Program-made: the position numbers and the translations under genes | Shown: piece after piece, positions 41,028-49,016 of the stretch | How the letters are laid out: each line of letters begins with the position of its first letter | Position numbering within the stretch: position 1 is the first letter of the stretch | Assembly (NCBI GenBank): GCA_913046315.1 | Contig: CAJWRW010000002.1 | Coordinates: 9,246-73,245 of the forward strand | Origin: an uncultured Flavobacteriales bacterium | GTDB lineage: Bacteria; Bacteroidota; Bacteroidia; Flavobacteriales; BACL11 | Direction: 5' to 3' | DNA length: 64,000 bases | The notes under the pieces: model-generated | What the model was told of the DNA's origin: nothing | Database searches by the model: none | What the model saw: the letters and a program-made list of their open reading frames with translations, nothing else

Positions 41028-42183
41028 AATAATGGACATATACACGCGAAAAAGAACTTGGAAATTCTGGCTATTGGTTTTTGCTATTATCATTGGAATC
41101 TCTTCACTCTTTGTAACAAATTCTTTGGTAGATTCTCTGGCCTATGAAGAGAAAAAGAAAATAGAAATATGGGCCTATGCCACCAATCAAATGGTAAACA
41201 TTTCAGATGATGGTAATTTTTCCTTAGCCATAAAAGTTATGGAATCCAATGAAAATATCCCCATTATTTTGGCTGATGAAAATGACAGTATTCTCAACTA
41301 CAGAAATCTCAACCCCTTAAATGAAATAACAGATGAATATCTGCAAAAACAATTGGCTATAATGAAAGAACAAAATGAGCCCATTGAAATACAGGTTTAT
41401 GAGGATTATAAACAGCTTTTGTATTATAAAGATTCTATTTTACTAACACGATTGCGTTATTATCCTATGTTTCAATTAGGCCTTATCACGCTATTTATGT
41501 TCATTGCTTATTTAGCATTTAGTTCTGCCAGAAAAGCAGAGCAAAATCAGGTATGGGCAGGCATGGCAAAAGAAACGGCTCATCAGTTAGGGACACCACT
41601 TTCCTCCCTTTTGGCTTGGGTAGAGTTGCTTAAATCAAAAGAAGAAACAAAAGATATGGTTTTAGAAATGGAGAAAGATGTTGCACGACTAGAAACCATT
41701 ACTGATCGTTTCTCAAAAATTGGCTCTCTACCTACATTAGAAGAAGTTAATATTGTACAAGTTGCAGACGAAGCTATAAAGTATCTCAAATCTCGTTTAC
41801 CAGAAAAAGTAAGCTTAGAATTAAAAAATGAAAAACCCACTATAACTATTCCTGTTTCAGTAGTACTACTGAATTGGGTAATTGAAAACATTTGCAAAAA
41901 TGCAGTGGATGCAATGAAAGGAGAGGGCTTGATTCAAATCCAAATTCAAGAAGAGGAAAATCATGTTCGTATCTATATCAATGATTCTGGTCAAGGCATT
42001 CCTGTTGATTTAATTTCTTCCATTTTTAAACCAGGAGTAACTTCTAAAAAAAGAGGGTGGGGATTAGGATTATCCCTTTCTAAAAGAATAATAGAGCAAT
42101 ACCACGAAGGCAAAATTTATGTCCAAAGCTCTATAGAAGGGGAAGGAACTACTTTTGCTATTTCACTGCCCAAAAAATCATAA
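41020..42183 (+). CDS. sensor histidine kinase (two TM helices, periplasmic loop, HisKA + HATPase_c)
   Basis: H-box 'ETAHQLGTPLSSLLAWVELL', N-box 'ENICKNAVDAM', G-boxes 'INDSGQGI' and 'GWGLGLSLSK'. 8-nt overlap with the upstream gene. No response regulator in the window. Confidence 0.85.
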   Translation: MSKIMDIYTRKRTWKFWLLVFAIIIGISSLFVTNSLVDSLAYEEKKKIEIWAYATNQMVNISDDGNFSLAIKVMESNENIPIILADENDSILNYRNLNPLNEITDEYLQKQLAIMKEQNEPIEIQVYEDYKQLLYYKDSILLTRLRYYPMFQLGLITLFMFIAYLAFSSARKAEQNQVWAGMAKETAHQLGTPLSSLLAWVELLKSKEETKDMVLEMEKDVARLETITDRFSKIGSLPTLEEVNIVQVADEAIKYLKSRLPEKVSLELKNEKPTITIPVSVVLLNWVIENICKNAVDAMKGEGLIQIQIQEEENHVRIYINDSGQGIPVDLISSIFKPGVTSKKRGWGLGLSLSKRIIEQYHEGKIYVQSSIEGEGTTFAISLPKKS

Positions 42184-43020
42184 GCCACAACTGCCTAAAT
42201 TATTTTTATCCAAATAATCCTGATGATATTCTTCTGCTCTAAAAAACTTTTGCACTTTTTCAATTTGTGTAACAATAGGATTTTCAAACTGCTGTTGAGC
42301 TGCTGCTTTTGATTTTTCTGCCTGCTGCTGCTGTAAATCAGAAGAGTAAAAAATTACTGAACGATATTGCGTACCAACATCAGCTCCTTGTCGATTTAAT
42401 GTCGTAGGATTATGATTCTCCCAAAAGATATTTAGCAAAGCTTGATAAGTAATTACTTTAGGATTAAAGTAAAGATGTACCACCTCAGCATGATTTGTAT
42501 TTCCCTTACAAATGTCTTTGTAAGTTGGATTTTCAGTATTGCCTCCCATATAGCCTGAATGCGCAAGATAAACCCCTTTGGTCATTTTAAAAAGCTTTTC
42601 AACATGCCAAAAACAGCCTCCACCAAAAGTAGCTACTTCCAAATGCGCGTGCGGAATAAATCGGATACTTAATGAATTTACACAATGCCTTGTGTCCTTT
42701 TTTGTAATCTGCTCTCCATGGAAAACATGGCCTAAATGCCCATCACATTTAGCACAACATATTTCTGTTCTTATTCTACCCCCACTTAAATCTTCATATC
42801 TATTAATTGCACCAGCAATCTCATCATCAAAAGATGGCCAGCCACATCCAGAATCAAACTTGCAATTGGACTCATATAGTGGGCTTTCACAAGCTCTACA
42901 GACAAAAATTCCTACTTCAAAAAAATCATTGTATTTACCTGTAAAAGGCGCTTCAGTTCCTTTGTCTTTCAGAATGTGTTTTTCTGCTGTACTTAATTTT
43001 GAAAAGTAATCAGTTGCCAT
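42178..43020 (-). CDS. msrAB: bifunctional methionine sulfoxide reductase MsrB-MsrA
   Basis: N-terminal SelR 'GCGWPSF' and 'CxxC' pairs. C-terminal MsrA 'FGGGCFW'. Start taken at 'MATDYFSKL' (ATG 43020). Confidence 0.9.
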   Translation of the reverse strand: MATDYFSKLSTAEKHILKDKGTEAPFTGKYNDFFEVGIFVCRACESPLYESNCKFDSGCGWPSFDDEIAGAINRYEDLSGGRIRTEICCAKCDGHLGHVFHGEQITKKDTRHCVNSLSIRFIPHAHLEVATFGGGCFWHVEKLFKMTKGVYLAHSGYMGGNTENPTYKDICKGNTNHAEVVHLYFNPKVITYQALLNIFWENHNPTTLNRQGADVGTQYRSVIFYSSDLQQQQAEKSKAAAQQQFENPIVTQIEKVQKFFRAEEYHQDYLDKNNLGSCGL

Positions 43021-43044
43021 AATTTGTTTTGACAAAAATAAAAA

Positions 43045-44217
43045 ATGTATCTCATTTTTTATATTAGCAAAACTTTTTATACAATTATTTTGGCAGGCAT
43101 TTACATACATATCCCTTACTGCAAAAAGGCTTGCTCTTATTGTAATTTTCATTTTAGCACAAATCGAAAAGACAAATCTGAAGTGTTAAAATGCATCAAT
43201 ATGGAGCTTGAAATGCGAGAAGCATATTTGAAAAATAAATCAATTGACACCATTTATTTTGGAGGAGGGACACCCTCCATATTAAATAAAAGTGAGATCA
43301 ATCACATTTTACAAACCATCCTCAACAACTATAAGGTAAAAGAAACTGCAGAAATTACATTAGAGTGTAATCCTGACGATTTGGATGAACAAACTTTAAT
43401 CCATCTAAAAGAATCCGGAATAAATCGTTTGAGTATTGGCGTGCAGTCATTTGATGAGCGTGATTTGAAACTGATGAATCGGTCTCATAGTGCAAAACAA
43501 TCAGAAAATTGCTTAAAATTAGCCAAGCAAATAGGATTTGAAAACATTACTATTGATTTGATTTATGGTTTGCCAAACCAAAGTTTATCTGATTGGGAAA
43601 ACAATCTGCAAAAAATGTTTGCATTCAACACCTCTCATTTTTCAGCTTACACACTTACCATAGAAGACAAAACAGCTTTAAAGCATTTGGTAGAAAAAAA
43701 GAAAGTTATTTTACCAAAGGAGCAAATAGTATTAGCACAGTTTAAGGTTTTAATGCAATCGGCTAAAACAAATGGATATGTGCATTATGAGATTTCAAAT
43801 TTTGCAAAAGAAGGTTGCTTTTCCAAACACAATTCCTCTTATTGGAAAAGCAAAAATTATTTAGGAATTGGGCCTTCTGCACATTCCTATAATGGAAAAA
43901 GTAGAAGTTGGAATATTTCCTCCAATAAAAAATATATTCATAATTTAATCGAAGGGAAAGGATGTTTTCAACAGGAAAGACTATCAAAAAAGACACGATA
44001 CAATGAATATGTTTTCACATCAATCAGGACGATTTGGGGTGTAAATACAAAAACAATCAAAACCCAATTCGGAATTAAATACCAATCATATTTTTTGAAA
44101 GAAGTGCAAAAATGGGAACAACAAAAACGGATTAAGAAATCAAAAGAAATTTATACCCTCACCAATTCAGGAAAATTTATTAGCGATAGTATTACAGCTG
44201 ACTTGTTTATGATTTAG
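43045..44217 (+). CDS. hemW: radical SAM heme chaperone HemW (HemN-like)
   Basis: 'GIYIHIPYCKKACSYCNF' CxxxCxxC radical-SAM motif. The true start may be the in-frame TTG at 43090. Confidence 0.9.
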   Translation: MYLIFYISKTFYTIILAGIYIHIPYCKKACSYCNFHFSTNRKDKSEVLKCINMELEMREAYLKNKSIDTIYFGGGTPSILNKSEINHILQTILNNYKVKETAEITLECNPDDLDEQTLIHLKESGINRLSIGVQSFDERDLKLMNRSHSAKQSENCLKLAKQIGFENITIDLIYGLPNQSLSDWENNLQKMFAFNTSHFSAYTLTIEDKTALKHLVEKKKVILPKEQIVLAQFKVLMQSAKTNGYVHYEISNFAKEGCFSKHNSSYWKSKNYLGIGPSAHSYNGKSRSWNISSNKKYIHNLIEGKGCFQQERLSKKTRYNEYVFTSIRTIWGVNTKTIKTQFGIKYQSYFLKEVQKWEQQKRIKKSKEIYTLTNSGKFISDSITADLFMI

Positions 44218-45082
44218 TGCAGTTTCCTTTTTCATCAATAGTGATAACAGGAACGGTTGTCCAATCAATTTTTTTAGCAGCTGTTTGAATATCAATGAAA
44301 TCAAAATCGTAAATCAGTTGTTTGAGCTTTATATAAGCAGTATCCAAATTATAATAAGACTTGAACCTTCTTTTCAATGAAAGCCCGTCCAATGTAGGTT
44401 GTTTGGAATCAAAATCTCTTGGGTGAAAATAGGTCATTGTATAGTCTGATTTTTCAATTAATTTTCTAATTATCCGATAAGGGAAAAATCTAAAATAACC
44501 TCCTCCTGTTGCCGTAAATCGAGCGCCTAAAAAGGTATTCGTACTCATAGGAAACTCTTTAATAGTATGGCTATTATATTTTATAATTGAAGGGCTACTT
44601 TCTTTAAAATTTAAAAAACCTCCATCTTCCCTTCTTGCAGGAAAAATGGAAGCGTCATATTCAATTCCTAACTCATTAAGCACATCAAAGACCCAAACAT
44701 TTGTTGTTTTTACAGAAAAACCAGGCGCCCTATATGAGATGACTTTTTCTCCAATAATATCTTCTAATCTGCTAATGCAAACTTGTAAATCTTCTTTAAA
44801 TTCTTTTTGGCTTTGGGTGTAAACTACTTTGTGCATATCGGAATGAGCAGCTACCTCAAATCCAAAACTGTGTATTTTTTTTATAATTTCAGGATGCTTG
44901 CGTGCTATGTAGCCCAAACAAAAGAAGGTTGCTTTTATATTATTATTAAGCAGTAATTCAAAAATCCTATCCATTCCTTTATGAATACGAACCTCATAAT
45001 TGTTCCATTTATCCAAAATATCATCAGGATATTTTTGCAAAATATGAAACCAATCTTCTATGTCAAATGTTAGGATTCTCAT
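44207..45082 (-). CDS. polysaccharide deacetylase with DUF3473-type C-terminal domain
   Basis: 'MRILTFDIEDWFH' N-terminus, 'ATFFCLG', 'EVAAHSDMH', and C-terminal 'GGGYFRFFPY' as in DUF3473/exopolysaccharide-locus deacetylases. Confidence 0.8.
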   Translation of the reverse strand: MRILTFDIEDWFHILQKYPDDILDKWNNYEVRIHKGMDRIFELLLNNNIKATFFCLGYIARKHPEIIKKIHSFGFEVAAHSDMHKVVYTQSQKEFKEDLQVCISRLEDIIGEKVISYRAPGFSVKTTNVWVFDVLNELGIEYDASIFPARREDGGFLNFKESSPSIIKYNSHTIKEFPMSTNTFLGARFTATGGGYFRFFPYRIIRKLIEKSDYTMTYFHPRDFDSKQPTLDGLSLKRRFKSYYNLDTAYIKLKQLIYDFDFIDIQTAAKKIDWTTVPVITIDEKGNCTKS

Positions 45083-45693
45083 TTTTTAAAATAAGCAGCA
45101 AATTCTTGATGTGTGTTACACTTAATAAGGTGATTGTCGTTCACAATAATAATTTTTTTTGCCATTTTTGCAAGTTCAAAATCTGAAAAACTATCTGTAT
45201 AAAGTGTGTCAATTTCTTGAATGTCTTGAGCTTTTAATAATCGGACTTTTCCTTCTTTATAGCAATTGAAAAACAATCCTTGAGCAACATCATCCTCATA
45301 CTTAATGGTAGAACCCATCACATTAATAAAATCAGGAAAAATAGGGCGAATATAATCCTGAAAAGATGCACTTAGCACAAAGTAGTTGGCATCTTCAGCA
45401 AAATCTAAATTTGAATAAAGTGAATTGAAGTCAATGGTTTTGTGGTAGTTTTCAAATTTGAATTTTAATTGCTCCTTACTCAAAGGGCTTAAAAATAACT
45501 GAATGCCCTTTGATTTCAATCTTTCGTTTTTAATAAGGTCTATTTTTGCTAAAAGCATTAAAAAGCAATAGTAAATAATTTTAAGATAGCAGCAAAGATT
45601 TTTGTTGGCAGCAAATAGGAAAAAACCAAACAAAGTATCTTTTTTTGTTAGGGTTTTGTCAAAATCAAATACTATAATTTTTCGTTTTTTCAT
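45079..45693 (-). CDS. HAD-superfamily hydrolase (subfamily IB-like phosphatase)
   Basis: Motif I 'IIVFDFDKTLT'. Helical cap region. C-terminal 'YTDSFSD' Asp motif. Confidence 0.75.
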   Translation of the reverse strand: MKKRKIIVFDFDKTLTKKDTLFGFFLFAANKNLCCYLKIIYYCFLMLLAKIDLIKNERLKSKGIQLFLSPLSKEQLKFKFENYHKTIDFNSLYSNLDFAEDANYFVLSASFQDYIRPIFPDFINVMGSTIKYEDDVAQGLFFNCYKEGKVRLLKAQDIQEIDTLYTDSFSDFELAKMAKKIIIVNDNHLIKCNTHQEFAAYFKK

Positions 45694-46820
45694 TGCTTAA
45701 ATAATCTGAGAAGTTTAGCCACATAAAAATAGTTCAGTAAAATAAAAGGCAAACTTCTAAAACATGACGAATAAGTAAAATTGATATGACAGCAATCCTT
45801 ATTAGTGCTAAAAAAGCGGAAAGGATTTGATGGATTCTTTAAGAAATAAAATAAATCGTAAGGGAAAATCCACCTTATGTTATAATTGCTTATAGCACTA
45901 TTTTCAATTTTGGATTGCCCAACACATAAATCAATATATTTTACCAAAAAATTAGCGCTACAATATTCAGACAACAAAATCGAACCCCACATTCTTGGGT
46001 TGATTTCAATTACTTTATATTTATTGTCTCTTTCGTCAAAAATAAACTCAATCATTAATAGTCCATTCCAATTTAAAGCCTTAGTCATTTGTTCTCCCGC
46101 CTTTTTTATATTTTGTTTTTCACTTGCTTTGGAAAATACGGTAACCCCTCCACTTTCAGGGAATGTACGAATTCTTTGATGCGAATAAAAGGACAAAATT
46201 TCTCCATCCTTACAAAGAAAAAAACCGCCTTCAACATTTTTACTATTTGGCAATCTTTCTTGCACAAGATTTTTTTCAAAATCAATCTTTTCGCCTTTCA
46301 ACTCGTTTTGGTTATCAATATAATAAACGCCTTTTGACCCAGATCCCTTTTTAGGTTTTACAATAATTGGAAATTGAAAAGTATTATTTTCAAACCCCTC
46401 AGTACTTACAAATTTTGGGCAAGGAATTCTGTTTTCTTCACAAAATAGATTTAGCAAAGCTTTATCTGTAGAGCGCTCAAAAACTTCTTTTTCAGGCAGC
46501 AGAAAGAAAAGATTTTTAGGGCTATTTTCATAAGAAAGAAAGTTGTAAAAAAGCAATGTTGTATCTTCTTCAACAGGTAAATAAATCACTTTTTCTTCTG
46601 GAAATTTTTTAAGAATTTGATTAAGGTCAGCATTGAAGTTCTCATCTTTTCTTAGCAAAAATAAATTTGATGAATGATATGAAAGAGTACAATTTAACTT
46701 ATTAAAAACATTCAAATCCTCCGTTAACAATAGCACATCTTTATTATCGTAATGTCGGTACAGAATATTGACGACATCAAAGGTTTTTCTTAAAAATATG
46801 TCTGTTATCAATATCTTCAT
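45690..46820 (-). CDS. ATP-grasp carboxylate-amine ligase-like enzyme
   Basis: 'FPIIVKPKKGSGSKGVYYI', 'LVQERL', 'LLMIEFIFDERDNKYKVIEINPRMWGS'. Start taken at 'MKILITD', which forms an ATGA overlap with the sulfotransferase stop. Confidence 0.75.
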   Translation of the reverse strand: MKILITDIFLRKTFDVVNILYRHYDNKDVLLLTEDLNVFNKLNCTLSYHSSNLFLLRKDENFNADLNQILKKFPEEKVIYLPVEEDTTLLFYNFLSYENSPKNLFFLLPEKEVFERSTDKALLNLFCEENRIPCPKFVSTEGFENNTFQFPIIVKPKKGSGSKGVYYIDNQNELKGEKIDFEKNLVQERLPNSKNVEGGFFLCKDGEILSFYSHQRIRTFPESGGVTVFSKASEKQNIKKAGEQMTKALNWNGLLMIEFIFDERDNKYKVIEINPRMWGSILLSEYCSANFLVKYIDLCVGQSKIENSAISNYNIRWIFPYDLFYFLKNPSNPFRFFSTNKDCCHINFTYSSCFRSLPFILLNYFYVAKLLRLFKQ

Positions 46821-47701
46821 TTCCAGTGAGATAGATCTTTTTCTGTCAGTTTTTCTAACTTGCAAATATCCTCATAAAAGTAGGAGGCTAAATATAATTC
46901 ATCCTCTTTTAAAAGAGTTTTCCGTTCTAAAGTTTTTTCAGCTACTTTTTCTAATAAAAAGCGGGGAATAATTAGTTTCATTAGCTCTCTAATAAAAGTT
47001 GAGTAGAAATTATTTCTGCTTAGTAAAAATCTCGAAAAAATATTATTAGGCATTCCAGACAGATTGTGTTGCAAACTACTATTGACTTTAAACTGCTCAT
47101 CTACATTCAAAAAAGCAAAAATTTCCTTCAGTACCTTATTGGTATTGGCATGCAGATCCTCCTGTAATATAATTTGAACATTGCTAAATTTATGCTGAAA
47201 AGTACGTACTTGTTCATAGTACATTCCACAACTTTTATAGCCCCAAATATAGTCCCAATTATTTTCTAATCTTTTTTCTTCTGCCTTCAATCCATTTAAG
47301 AAGCTTAAACTTTCTCGACTGTCTCTTTTCAAATACATATATGCAGAAAAAGCCCTTTTTGCAGGATTTCTCAGCACTATAATGATGGGAATATCTCCCA
47401 ATTTTTCTTTAATCAATTTAGCTGTTTTTTTATGAAAATACAAGCTATCCGGACTTGCCTCTCCAACTCTTTTGTTTTCAATTTTTGAAAACAATTTTTG
47501 GTATTTTTCAAAGGATTTCACAGCATATTTATCTACCGAAACATCTCCAACTCCATTATGCGGAAAAATTTCGCTGTTTGAGCTAAAAAATTTAGGCTCC
47601 TTGAGTTTAGGAAAAGATATTTCCGGATGTTGTTTGAGATAATAATATAATGCAGTTGTACCGCATTTTGCTGCTCCAATAATTAAAAAGTTTGGTAGCA
47701 T
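46817..47701 (-). CDS. PAPS-dependent sulfotransferase (carbohydrate sulfotransferase-like)
   Basis: 5'-PSB loop 'FLIIGAAKCGTTALY' and 3'-PB motif 'IIVLRNPAKRAFSAY'. Confidence 0.85.
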   Translation of the reverse strand: MLPNFLIIGAAKCGTTALYYYLKQHPEISFPKLKEPKFFSSNSEIFPHNGVGDVSVDKYAVKSFEKYQKLFSKIENKRVGEASPDSLYFHKKTAKLIKEKLGDIPIIIVLRNPAKRAFSAYMYLKRDSRESLSFLNGLKAEEKRLENNWDYIWGYKSCGMYYEQVRTFQHKFSNVQIILQEDLHANTNKVLKEIFAFLNVDEQFKVNSSLQHNLSGMPNNIFSRFLLSRNNFYSTFIRELMKLIIPRFLLEKVAEKTLERKTLLKEDELYLASYFYEDICKLEKLTEKDLSHWK

Positions 47702-48831
47702 TATTTTATGATTTTGTTAAAGTAAGCAATGTATCTTTCACCAATAATCTCCCAATTATAGTGCCGCTTAATAAGCTCATAAACACCTTCTTTCATATTA
47801 CTAAAATCGGCTGCTTCAATCTTTGTTATTATTTTTGCAATTTCCTCTTCCGATTTAAAATACAATCCATTTGCACCAACAACTGCTTTATTAAATTCAT
47901 TCTTATGACAAATGCATAAGTTTTTAGATGCCATTGCTTCTAAAAGGGAAGGATTAGTTCCTCCAACTGCATGCCCATGAAAGTAGGAAAAAGCATTTGC
48001 TCTTACCACAGACAATTCATATTTATCATAAATTCCATTCAAAAATATAACCTCTTCAGATTGCGATGCTCTTAATAGATTTATGTAATTTGTTTCTTGC
48101 AAATTCCCAACAATTACAAGCGGATATTTAGCATCACTTTTTTTATAGCCTCCAATAATTATATCAACATTGTTTTCTGGCTCCAGGCGGCTTACTACTA
48201 GATGGTATTCACGCTTTTTCAAGTTATATTTGTCTAAAATAGCATTAATTTTATCTGATTCTTGCCCTACAGCTTCATTTAGATTGGCGCCATACTCTAT
48301 AGTTTCAATTCTTTTTTTTCTTTTGAATTTTTCTCTAAACACTTTTTCAATTCCTTTCGAATCAGCCAGGATATAGGGGCTTAATTTTGCCGAAAGATAA
48401 AACATAAGTTTTAAGACTTTTTTACCAAAATTACTCCATTTCAGCCTTTCCCATCCTACCCCATCAGGGTTAGTGATGTATGCTTTTTGAAATAGTATTG
48501 GTACAAAAAGAAAAAAAGCATTGCCACAACCACAACTATAAATGACGTCTGCTTTCCATGATAAAAATAAGGAATCAAGATAAAATAGAAAAGGCTGTTT
48601 TTGCTTTGAAAATTTAGAATATTTTATTTCTATTTCATTAAACGATAGTAGATTATTAGTTTGTTGTTTTTGGATTTTATCGCCAACTACTAAAATGTCA
48701 AAATCAGTATTTTTTTTAATTTCCTTTGTGAGTTCTTCTGCAAATGTTTCAAAACCTCCATGTAAGGCGGGAATTCCCCTAGAACCAATAAAGGCTATTT
48801 TTCTTCTTTTTTCGCGCATATTTTTCACCAA
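47701..48831 (-). CDS. glycosyltransferase family 4 with DUF1972-type N-terminal domain
   Basis: 'IAFIGSRGIPALHGGFETFAEEL' (DUF1972-like) and the C-terminal GT4 'HAVGGTNPSLLEAMA' E-x7-E region. Confidence 0.85.
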   Translation of the reverse strand: MVKNMREKRRKIAFIGSRGIPALHGGFETFAEELTKEIKKNTDFDILVVGDKIQKQQTNNLLSFNEIEIKYSKFSKQKQPFLFYLDSLFLSWKADVIYSCGCGNAFFLFVPILFQKAYITNPDGVGWERLKWSNFGKKVLKLMFYLSAKLSPYILADSKGIEKVFREKFKRKKRIETIEYGANLNEAVGQESDKINAILDKYNLKKREYHLVVSRLEPENNVDIIIGGYKKSDAKYPLVIVGNLQETNYINLLRASQSEEVIFLNGIYDKYELSVVRANAFSYFHGHAVGGTNPSLLEAMASKNLCICHKNEFNKAVVGANGLYFKSEEEIAKIITKIEAADFSNMKEGVYELIKRHYNWEIIGERYIAYFNKIIK

Positions 48832-49016
48832 ATCTTTTCGCTTAATTTTGCGAAAATAGACAAAAAAAACCAGCTAAAAATAGATGTAAAAATCCAAATG
48901 CATTTTCTATCTCAACAAGTAAAAAATTACAACAAAAATATTCTAAATCAGATTTTAAGGAGATATTTAATTTATTTGTATCTTGCAAAACTTTAATAAA
49001 GGAATAATTTACGCTT

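Noticed and set aside
44207-44217. Two convergent gene pairs overlap by exactly 11 nt (hemW/deacetylase at 44207-44217, methyltransferase/CE4 at 58288-58298).
   Set aside because: The overlapping sequences are unrelated, so the equal length looks coincidental. Compact convergent ends are common in this window.
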